A DNA stretch of 60,652 bases from Nitrospirota bacterium (lineage in GTDB: Bacteria; Nitrospirota; Thermodesulfovibrionia; Thermodesulfovibrionales; UBA1546), in assembly GCA_026387575.1 (NCBI GenBank), contig JAPLLK010000092.1, positions 1 to 60,652 on the forward strand, read 5' to 3'. Under the pieces are notes generated by a model. The model did not search any database and was not told where the DNA came from. It saw only the letters and a program-made list of their open reading frames with translations. Below, piece by piece: positions 49,117-56,568 of this stretch. Made by a program: the position numbers and the translations under genes. Numbering within the stretch: position 1 is the stretch's first letter; each line of letters begins with the position of its first letter.

Positions 49117-49362
49117 TCAAAGCTCATAGTGACCTTTTCCTTTTTCAGTCCCCTGATATACAACATAGCCACCATCTTCTAAAGGATACGATACAACGAT
49201 TCGAGAATCATCAAATTTTATTTCACCCTCAATTTTCACCTCAGCACCTTCGTCAAAATAGGAAAAATCAATTGAATATTTATTGACGATTGGGAGATGC
49301 TCCTTGCTGGGAATAGAGCATTTTCTCTTTAAGGTTGTTTTTAAATTTGATCTTTTTGCCAT
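49117..49362 (-). CDS. hypothetical protein (possibly truncated by an in-frame TGA)
   Basis: 81 aa. The same frame stays open for 39 more codons after the TGA (to 48997). Confidence 0.4.
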   Translation of the reverse strand: MAKRSNLKTTLKRKCSIPSKEHLPIVNKYSIDFSYFDEGAEVKIEGEIKFDDSRIVVSYPLEDGGYVVYQGTEKGKGHYEL

Positions 49363-49466
49363 CTAAATCCTCCTCGTGAACTCACTTATGGCTTAAATAA
49401 AAGCCCTGCTACTGCTACCTAATGCAGCTATTGCCTTTCAGCTATTCTGTAGTTTCTTGAGTCAAT

Positions 49467-51146
49467 TTACTGTTTCTTTGACAAAGGAGGACCTGGCCAA
49501 ATCTTCATGGCTACTCTAAGAAGCCTTTCCCCTCTCTTTTCGATTTCTGTCTTTGTCCATGTATCGTATTTCGCAATAATCTTTGTCAGCCAGTAAGGAC
49601 TTTTTTTGTAGCCTTTCTTTTTTTCTTTAAAACCGTGATTCCCCAATGTGGGATTATATGCGGTGAGACTTAGGTTTCCCATAACATGCAGGCTCTTCTT
49701 CAAATCAGATAAGGAGTTAGAATCCCAATCGTTCATTTTTGCCTGCTGTGGAAACACGTGCTCAATCTGGATAGATTTGCCCAACTGCAATTCTTTATCA
49801 GCAGACTTGTAACGTTCTATACTTTCTAAAGCAAATCTGGCAGTTGCAGGTGCGGTTGTATAAATAGAGGATGAGACAAAGCATGTTCTGAACTGATCAT
49901 CATCTGGCCACTTTTCATCTTTCAGGATTTTAGATAGGTTCTTACCCTTCTTATCAATTAGTTTCTTGGCAATTCGAGCAAAGACTTGGTTTAGATCACG
50001 TGACACTTTGCTATTAAACGCTCGCCGAACAACGAACGACTCAATGTATTGCAAAGCCCGTTCTAAATCCTTGATAGTTATTTCTTCATTTGCCAGAGAA
50101 CGATATAACACCAGCAAAACGGGATAGTAAGTTGTCATCTTTAAGTCTACAAGTCTTTGCAGTTGCGAACGCAGCTTTTTTCTTTGCTCAAGTTCAGGAT
50201 TGAGAAATTTGCAATATTGCCCGGCTTCATTGAGAAGCATTTTTAATTTATCCTCAACGTGACCATCATGGAAAAAAGACCGTAACTCCCTGAATAAATC
50301 AGTTGTGCTGATATATTTTTCTTTTTGAACGACTAGAACAGCCCGAAGAAAGTCTCTCAATATTTTTTGGAATTCAGCTTTTTTAGCCTTCCCATTACCG
50401 TCAGATATACTTTCCTCTATCTTATCCTCTATCCCTCGCCAGTAAGTATTATTTAGCCTTTCTTGTTCCTTCCCATTTCTTACAAGGCTTAAAATAAAAT
50501 TACGGGCAAGATCAGACTGGGTCAACGGAACGCCAGCATAGTTAATTGATTCAAATATGGCGTGAGCATCATCATTATCAGTCAGAACAATTTCCACAAA
50601 TACCATGCCCGACAATACGGTTTTCAGAAAGTTGTTGAAGTGGCTCGGTTTTTTCCCTTTTGTATTCTCAATATGGTTCTGAATTCCTTCATGGAAAAAA
50701 TCATAACCTGCTCTGACTTGTTTATGCCGAACTTTCTGAAGTCCGTCTGGATTACCTAAAAGACGATTAAATGCATCCTGATCATGGAGCGATGGTTTAA
50801 ATCTTGGATTTCCTTTTATTGTAAGATGTCTTTCTATTTCTCTTGTTTTAGCAGTGGCATATTTATGGGACAACGACCTCAACACTGTCAAAATAATTGT
50901 GAATGTTGCCAAACGTTGCTGGCCGTCAATTATTATAAAATGACGGTTTCTGGAATCGGGTTTAAAAACCAATGTACCCATAAAATGCCGTTTGCCGGTT
51001 CCATCCATAATCTTCGTAATGTCATCCAGCAACTGTACGAAATTCTTTTGCTTCCACGCATACCGTCTTTGAAATGGTGGAACGATAAATACATTCTTAT
51101 TCTTATGGCCTATCAGCTTTTCTATAGTGCGCTCTTCAACCTTCAT
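49467..51146 (-). CDS. DUF262/DUF1524 protein (GmrSD-type, putative modification-dependent Type IV restriction nuclease)
   Basis: 559 aa. N-terminal DUF262 motifs are FIVPPFQRRYAWKQKNFVQLLDDI and IIIDGQQRL. The C-terminal His-Me/HNH-like DUF1524 motifs are IEHVFPQ...GNLSLTAYNPTLGNHGF. Confidence 0.85.
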   Translation of the reverse strand: MKVEERTIEKLIGHKNKNVFIVPPFQRRYAWKQKNFVQLLDDITKIMDGTGKRHFMGTLVFKPDSRNRHFIIIDGQQRLATFTIILTVLRSLSHKYATAKTREIERHLTIKGNPRFKPSLHDQDAFNRLLGNPDGLQKVRHKQVRAGYDFFHEGIQNHIENTKGKKPSHFNNFLKTVLSGMVFVEIVLTDNDDAHAIFESINYAGVPLTQSDLARNFILSLVRNGKEQERLNNTYWRGIEDKIEESISDGNGKAKKAEFQKILRDFLRAVLVVQKEKYISTTDLFRELRSFFHDGHVEDKLKMLLNEAGQYCKFLNPELEQRKKLRSQLQRLVDLKMTTYYPVLLVLYRSLANEEITIKDLERALQYIESFVVRRAFNSKVSRDLNQVFARIAKKLIDKKGKNLSKILKDEKWPDDDQFRTCFVSSSIYTTAPATARFALESIERYKSADKELQLGKSIQIEHVFPQQAKMNDWDSNSLSDLKKSLHVMGNLSLTAYNPTLGNHGFKEKKKGYKKSPYWLTKIIAKYDTWTKTEIEKRGERLLRVAMKIWPGPPLSKKQ

Positions 51147-51261
51147 TGTTTATCACCCACAAAATATACTATCCGCATCACCAAAAATCTTCATTATGGT
51201 CTTAGCTCCAGGGTTAAGAATACCAGTTAAATCTTCAGGCATAAAATGCTCCTTCTTTCAA

Positions 51262-51486
51262 CTATCTTTTTTCAACTCGTGGCGCCTTGTCTTCCATCAA
51301 CTTACCAAACTTATCCCAACCCATCTTGTACCCATAAGAAGTCTTCTTTGGAAACCAGACAAGAGAGCCGTTTGATACAGCAAGGGTACCCAACAAGACT
51401 ACACCATTGCGTTTTATAAGAAATTCTACATCTGCTTTGCCCAAAGAACGCTGAGGAATGTTGAATAAGACATCATGTTTTGCCAT
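51262..51486 (-). CDS. hypothetical small protein
   Basis: 74-aa ORF between the HD and GmrSD genes on the same strand. I recognise no motif. Confidence 0.4.
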   Translation of the reverse strand: MAKHDVLFNIPQRSLGKADVEFLIKRNGVVLLGTLAVSNGSLVWFPKKTSYGYKMGWDKFGKLMEDKAPRVEKR

Positions 51487-51542
51487 TATAACCCTCCTTC
51501 ATTTTTAATGATTCAACGTATATCATACCGCGACTTTCAGTT

Positions 51543-52730
51543 TCACTCAAAATCTGCGTAGATCTCGCCAAAATTTATCCCTGCGATATTGGCCCTGCCG
51601 TAGCTGTTCCTGAATGACAGTTTTGCCTCCTGAAACTCCTGATTCGGGCTTCCGTTTCTTATTGCAGCAGAGGCCTCAATGAAAGCTGAAAGGCTGTCGG
51701 CAGCCTTGACAATATCTCCATCTCTTGGATTGAATTTGCTTTCGTTATATTTATCACTTATTCCCCTGCTTTTCATCTTCTCAGTTTTATTATCTATCGT
51801 TATAATGTTGTCGAATTCATTCTCCGTGAACATTCTTATCTCAGGATGCCAGTCTTCCGGAATAAGGCCGTAAACCTCTTTTTCCATCTGTTCTTTTTCA
51901 TATTGCTTTATCAGCTCGCTCAAGCCGTCAATAGACCTTTTGACAGGGGAGATTATGTCCCTTGTGAGCACCTCCGGAAGGTCATGGAATAAGCCTGTGA
52001 AATAGTTATTTGCGCATCTTCTCTCGCAGGCATTTATCTCAAGCGAAAACAAATAAGATAAGATGGCAACATAAAGCGAATGACCTATTACGGAAGTCTT
52101 TGGAATCCTGTGGAGTTTTGCCCATCGTGCCTGAAATCTTAGCTGACCGCACAGGTTAATGAAGTTCCTGTACCTGACATGCTCTTTTAATTGAGCCATG
52201 CCCTTCAGGTCTGAGTATTTCTTCTGCGCTTCTGCCAATGACTGTTTAATTGCCGCTATCTCATATCCTTCAGGATTTGTACGCTCTATGATGTTAAATT
52301 CCCATTTGGTTGCATACAAATGCGCTGCGCTCAGAATTCTTTTATTTAATGTATCCTCTGTATTCAGGAAATAATCCTGAAATCTTTTGCAGAAGCCTTC
52401 TCCCAGCGGAGAGATTAATGGTTTTATTTCATTGTACGCCCATTCGTTCAACTGTCTGTATTTATCAGTATCCTGCTTTATCTTATAAAATATCGGGGGC
52501 TTCAAATCTGTAATGACAAGCCTCTGTAGAAGCTCAAAGATTCCACCTTCAATAATCTCTATCCAGTTGAAACCTTTTGTGTTTTCCTCGAACTTGCCAA
52601 GGAAATATGCAATTATCATTTTATGAGCCTGCTTGTCGAGTTCAATCATCTCCACAGGCCGGACTTTATCGTTCCACCTCTGCATATAGGCAGCGTCAAA
52701 GATTTTGAGAAGCAGTGCCTTTCGTATCAT
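51543..52730 (-). CDS. HD-domain phosphohydrolase
   Basis: 395 aa with ...VIGHSLYVAILSYLF... and ...GLFHDLPEVLTRDI..., the H...HD metal-binding signature. Confidence 0.8.
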   Translation of the reverse strand: MIRKALLLKIFDAAYMQRWNDKVRPVEMIELDKQAHKMIIAYFLGKFEENTKGFNWIEIIEGGIFELLQRLVITDLKPPIFYKIKQDTDKYRQLNEWAYNEIKPLISPLGEGFCKRFQDYFLNTEDTLNKRILSAAHLYATKWEFNIIERTNPEGYEIAAIKQSLAEAQKKYSDLKGMAQLKEHVRYRNFINLCGQLRFQARWAKLHRIPKTSVIGHSLYVAILSYLFSLEINACERRCANNYFTGLFHDLPEVLTRDIISPVKRSIDGLSELIKQYEKEQMEKEVYGLIPEDWHPEIRMFTENEFDNIITIDNKTEKMKSRGISDKYNESKFNPRDGDIVKAADSLSAFIEASAAIRNGSPNQEFQEAKLSFRNSYGRANIAGINFGEIYADFE

Positions 52731-52767
52731 GCGAATATCTTCATCCCTTCCGGCAAATTATGCTGCT

Positions 52768-52796
52768 ATTATACTTCCACAGCATCATAAAAACAA
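52768..52796 (-). promoter_or_regulatory. candidate internal promoter for the HD gene
   Basis: Read on the minus strand: TTGTTT, 17-nt spacer, perfect TATAAT, about 38 nt upstream of ATG 52730. A 6-bp inverted repeat ATGCTG/CAGCAT flanks it. Confidence 0.35.
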
Positions 52797-52843
52797 TTGT
52801 ACTTTTTTTAACGCATCTCAATGTTATAAAACACTTCACATGC

Positions 52844-53839
52844 TCATTTTTTAGGTCTAAATATCCTCATATTGCGTAACTTTTTAATTAGAGCGGCTAC
52901 GATTAAAATCTCTTTAATCGGTGGTTTTTTGCCATTATCAGGATTATTCTCTTCATCCTCAATTTCCTTGAGCAATTCCATCAAGTCATTGTCCTCGGGA
53001 AATACTTCAAGTCCTTTTTTAAGGATATCTTTTGCTTCATCAATCCAGCCCATTTCCTTATAAATGCTGCTAAGGTCTCCATACAAACGGGAATGGCTGT
53101 CAGGCAATTCTTTGATTCCTTCAATTGCTATTTCTAAGGCATCATTTTTTAAACCCATATTATAATATGACCAGAAGAGCCCATCATAAACTGACCAGTT
53201 CAAGTATCCGGCGTCCTTTGCTTTTTTATAAAAAGGTATCGCTTCTTCAGGATATCCTCTGCAAATATCGATATATCCCATTTCAACAAGATATTCCGGG
53301 TCATCAGGATATTTTTCAATAAGGTCTTTAATGATAGGTTCCGCATCTTCATAGTAGCCGAGGTTGTTCAAACTCAGTGCCTTGTTATAAAGCGCATTCC
53401 TGCCATCCGGCGTAAATTTTACGGCTTGCTCGAAATATTTTAATGCCTCAAAATCATTATCCAGCCGCTGGTGCAGACATCCCATTGCAATAAGAAGCGG
53501 GACTGATTCAGGAAAACGACTCAATCCCTTTCCCAGCAATTTTCTGGCTTCATTATAATATTCCATTTCTATAAGTGCCCTTGCCATTCCGGTAAACTTC
53601 ATTTCTGCGTGAGTTCTCCATGAGAGCGTCTGATACATTGCAAGCCCATTTTCATTTTCTCCTGCATCAAGAAGCGCCCATGCAAGCTGATTCTTTAGTT
53701 CGGCAATACAATTCTTATATTCTCTGCCGGCACAATTGCCGGTATTCTCGCCTAAGCCCTTTTGCGCGCGGGAAAGCCTTCTTTTTAGTTTTTTTATTTC
53801 TTGATAAATGACTTTCAGTCTCGGGTCTTTTTTGTTCAT
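52844..53839 (-). CDS. coiled-coil + TPR repeat protein (paralog 2)
   Basis: 331 aa, paralogous to 47724-48797 over most of its length. Confidence 0.8.
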   Translation of the reverse strand: MNKKDPRLKVIYQEIKKLKRRLSRAQKGLGENTGNCAGREYKNCIAELKNQLAWALLDAGENENGLAMYQTLSWRTHAEMKFTGMARALIEMEYYNEARKLLGKGLSRFPESVPLLIAMGCLHQRLDNDFEALKYFEQAVKFTPDGRNALYNKALSLNNLGYYEDAEPIIKDLIEKYPDDPEYLVEMGYIDICRGYPEEAIPFYKKAKDAGYLNWSVYDGLFWSYYNMGLKNDALEIAIEGIKELPDSHSRLYGDLSSIYKEMGWIDEAKDILKKGLEVFPEDNDLMELLKEIEDEENNPDNGKKPPIKEILIVAALIKKLRNMRIFRPKK

Positions 53840-53857
53840 GCTTATATTTTAAAGACA

Positions 53858-53884
53858 GACCTCCCCCAAGGGATGTCTGAGGTT
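53858..53884 (-). promoter_or_regulatory. island motif copy d (GACCTCCCCCAAGGGATGTCTGAGGTT)
   Basis: 18 nt upstream of the TPR paralog 2 start, between the WYL gene stop and TPR2. Confidence 0.6.
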
Positions 53885-53985
53885 AAAAAAAATATTTTGC
53901 TGTCAGGAAGGAGAATTTTTGAGTTAAATGCAAGCTGTAGCGCCTCTAAAGATTAAGGATACTAATGGTAGGGATTCAGGAATTA

Positions 53986-54996
53986 TCAGTAAATTTTTGC
54001 TATCTTTTCAGCCTCTGTCTTAATCAATTCCCTCAGTGCCTCCGGCTTCACAACCTCCACCCCTGCGCCGTGCTTAAGTATCTCCCTTTCAATCTCTGTA
54101 AAATCAGAAACAGGGAAGCTGAGTTCAAGGGAGCCGTCATCGAGAATTTTCGTTTTCTGGTCTTTGTGCCATATCTGGTCATATATCCATTTTGCCTTCT
54201 CCGGCGTAAATCTCAGAATAACCTGTTTAGCAGATCCACCTTTATAAAGCCCAAATGAGGACTGGAAGTAGTCTTTGAAGTTAAAGTTATTTTTTATTGC
54301 AAAATATCTGTCAGCTATCTTTATTTCAGAAATCCTGTTAAGTCTGAAATCCCGTATCTCGCTCCTCATATAGCAGTACCCGATTAGATGCCATGTGCCC
54401 ATATAATTAAAAAGATGATACGGATCAACTGTCCTCTCTGTCTTATCTTTCCTCGCGGGAGAGCTGTACTTGAATGTCAGCGACATTTTTTTCATGCATG
54501 CCTCAAGCACAGTCTTGAATGTATCTTCAGGAGCAGGTGTGTACTCTATAAGGTGGAACGATAGGCATTCATCCATCTTATCAGGGCCTGAGGTATGTTT
54601 TTTAATAAAAGACGTTATCTTGTCAACTGCTGATGTAATCTCTTTTTCGATTCCGCTTCCGCTCATGTCCTGAAGTAGCCGCCTTGCAACAAGCAGAGAT
54701 GTGAGCTCGGATGAAGACAGGTATGTTGAAGGAATGGAGAATGTGTCATTCTCGTAATAATATCCTTTTTTAGACTGGTCATAAAGAAGTGGGGCCTTGA
54801 GTCTCTCCCTCATGAACTCGGTGGTGCGCTGGGCTGTCTTTACTGATATCTCAAACTTTCTGGCAAGGCTTGTGGTGTTGGGAAATTTCTTCCCCTTGAC
54901 CTGACGGTCGAACCATAAAAAACGCTCATATGAGAGTATATCGCCCATATCATGCTCGGACAAAGACATTTTAAGGAATTTACTATAATCTTTCAA
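53986..54996 (-). CDS. HTH-WYL-WCX transcriptional regulator (BrxR/CapW/PafBC-like)
   Basis: The N-terminal HTH is FPNTTSLARKFEISVKTAQRTTEFM. The WYL domain is ERTVDPYHLFNYMGTWHLIGYCYMRSEIRDFRLNRI. The C-terminus is GAGVEVVKPEALRELI. The start is TTG 54996 or ATG 54969. Confidence 0.85.
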   Translation of the reverse strand: MKDYSKFLKMSLSEHDMGDILSYERFLWFDRQVKGKKFPNTTSLARKFEISVKTAQRTTEFMRERLKAPLLYDQSKKGYYYENDTFSIPSTYLSSSELTSLLVARRLLQDMSGSGIEKEITSAVDKITSFIKKHTSGPDKMDECLSFHLIEYTPAPEDTFKTVLEACMKKMSLTFKYSSPARKDKTERTVDPYHLFNYMGTWHLIGYCYMRSEIRDFRLNRISEIKIADRYFAIKNNFNFKDYFQSSFGLYKGGSAKQVILRFTPEKAKWIYDQIWHKDQKTKILDDGSLELSFPVSDFTEIEREILKHGAGVEVVKPEALRELIKTEAEKIAKIY

Positions 54997-55148
54997 TCAA
55001 AATCTGCGTAGGTCTCGCCGAAATTTATCCCTGCGATATTTGCCCTGCCGTAGCTGTTCCTGAATGAGAGCTTTGTGTCATGGAATTCCTGGTTAGGGCT
55101 TCCGTTCCTTATTGCTTCAGAGGCTTCAATGAAAGCGGCAAGACAGGC
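54997..55148 (-). pseudogene. 3'-terminal remnant of a second HD-domain gene
   Basis: About 150 nt roughly 85% identical by eye to the 3' end of the HD gene (51543-51695). It encodes ...FIEASEAIRNGSPNQEFHDTKLSFRNSYGRANIAGINFGETYADFD* versus ...FIEASAAIRNGSPNQEFQEAKLSFRNSYGRANIAGINFGEIYADFE*. Similarity ends abruptly near 55148. Confidence 0.75.
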
Positions 55149-55538
55149 GTTTATTTCGATATGTACTCAGCAAGTTTTACGTAACACGAGATATGTTGGT
55201 AGGTGTGAGAAACATATATTCCTCAAAGTGTCAGCTTCACCCCACAAAACGTGAATTTGAACTGCCCATTAAATTTCCCTATGGCAGACTAACTTAACTC
55301 AGTGTCCGTTAAATCGGGGGAAAATCACTGATATTAAACAATCCAATGCTTTATGGAAAAACTATTGGGATACTATAGACCCATCAGTTAAGGCAGCCGC
55401 TTCTTCTGCGGTTAAGGGCTTGGAATCTGATATAACTCCGACTTTAACTTTTCCACCATCAACCCAAACTCCATCTTTGAAAAGCAAGGGAACCTTGCCC
55501 GAATCCAGTGGTCTTAAATCTATTACTGAACCCTTAAA

Positions 55539-55563
55539 CGTTCTCCGCATGTGCGGGGAACAT
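55539..55563 (-). repeat. degenerate type I-E-like CRISPR repeat copy
   Basis: The minus strand reads ATGTTCCCCGCACATGCGGAGAACG. It shares the palindromic core with the copy at 55938-55966 but has a degenerate 3' handle. Confidence 0.45.
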
Positions 55564-55937
55564 GCGTGAAGCCATGGGCTGATGCCTATCGGTTGCTTTT
55601 TTAGTGAAGTTTGTAACCTCTCCATCCAGGGCTTAATGCCTGTTACAGCACCTGAAGCGTCAATATCTTGACTTCGCTCTGTCCCATTGCTATGCTTCAG
55701 TTATGAAAGCTTTAAAAGATTTCCTCAACGCAATAATCCTCGTTATCGGCGGTATAGCCTTCATCGCTGCACTCGGGCCTATAGGTTTTTTCATCGTTCT
55801 CCTTTTAATCAAACACAAAAAAACTACTGCTGCTTGTTAGGATTCTTCTCGCATTTGCTGCATACCCCTTCACAAAACTACCCAAATTCCAATTTGCATC
55901 TCTCTTTTTGTTTTTCATCGCAAATATCTTCTTTCTC

Positions 55938-55966
55938 CGGTTCATCCCCGCATGTGCGAGGAACAT
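55938..55966 (-). repeat. type I-E-like CRISPR repeat copy (29 nt)
   Basis: The minus strand reads ATGTTCCTCGCACATGCGGGGATGAACCG. It has the same architecture as canonical I-E repeats (GTTCCCCGC-loop-GCGGGGAT-AACCG). Confidence 0.5.
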
Positions 55967-56084
55967 AAGCTGCCAATTTAATCCAACTCCTTCCAACAAT
56001 GAAGAAAAAGAAAAGCCTTTGAAGTCAAAGAATAAATCTCTGAAATCAAAGGCTTTCTGAAATTTTATGAAAGGTTATTTTTCG

Positions 56085-56141
56085 GACTGTAAATCCCTCG
56101 TCCCCAAAGGGCGTGCCGGTTCAAATCCAGCCTCCGGCACA
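56085..56141 (+). repeat. partial tRNA-Leu copy (anticodon arm to acceptor 3' strand): att-type direct repeat marking the distal island end
   Basis: GGACTGTAAATCCCTCGTCCCCAAAGGGCGTGCCGGTTCAAATCCAGCCTCCGGCAC aligns to 41774-41826 of the intact tRNA. There is no 5' half, a T-stem mismatch, and no CCA. Confidence 0.8.
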
Positions 56142-56191
56142 ATATCCGCTCTATACTCTCTACGAGTCGTAGGCTAAGGGTCGCAGACGAG

Positions 56192-56560
56192 TCATTGACT
56201 TATAAAACTGTTGACGAGTTTTATAAGTTCCTGCGTTTGTATCGGTTTCGGAAGATATGCGTTAGCTCCGATTGCAAGCGCCCTTTTCTTATCTTCCTCT
56301 GCGCCTTCTGTTGTTATTATTATAATAGGTATGTCCTTATAAGCGGGATTGCTCCTTACAAGGCTGACAAGCTTTAAGCCGTCCATGACAGGCATGTTTA
56401 TGTCTGCAAGTATGAGGTCTATCTTCTCGGAAGATAATTTTTTCAATGCATCAATTCCGTCTGTTGCTTCTATCACCCTTGAGCTTGCTATTCTTTTCAT
56501 AGCAAAGCCGATGAGCTGTCTCATCGTCGGCGAATCTTCTACCACAAGAATATTTGGCAT
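56192..56560 (-). CDS. cheY: CheY-like single-domain response regulator
   Basis: 122 aa with ILVVEDSPTMRQL, LILADINMPVMDG and a conserved Lys (LPKP). Confidence 0.85.
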   Translation of the reverse strand: MPNILVVEDSPTMRQLIGFAMKRIASSRVIEATDGIDALKKLSSEKIDLILADINMPVMDGLKLVSLVRSNPAYKDIPIIIITTEGAEEDKKRALAIGANAYLPKPIQTQELIKLVNSFISQ

Positions 56561-56568
56561 CTTGTCCG

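Larger units (their letters stand above)
41829..56141. mobile_element. ~14.3-kb tRNA-Leu-associated genomic island (integrase decayed)
   Basis: Bounded by the intact tRNA-Leu plus an adjacent integrase fragment on one side and a 57-nt copy of the tRNA 3' half on the other. All content is accessory, conflict-type genes. Confidence 0.7.

Noticed and set aside
55539-55966. Possible CRISPR array
   Set aside because: There are only two repeat-like copies, one of them degenerate. They are 374 nt apart instead of about 61 nt, and I found no intermediate repeats at any regular period. I report them as solitary repeat copies, not as an array.
55362-55968. Track ORFs 55362-55625 (-), 55687-55968 (+) and 55805-55999 (-) as protein genes
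   Set aside because: Each runs through or ends in a CRISPR-like repeat copy. They have no RBS and no recognisable family pattern, and they lie in the degraded distal end of the island. They are most likely chance ORFs.
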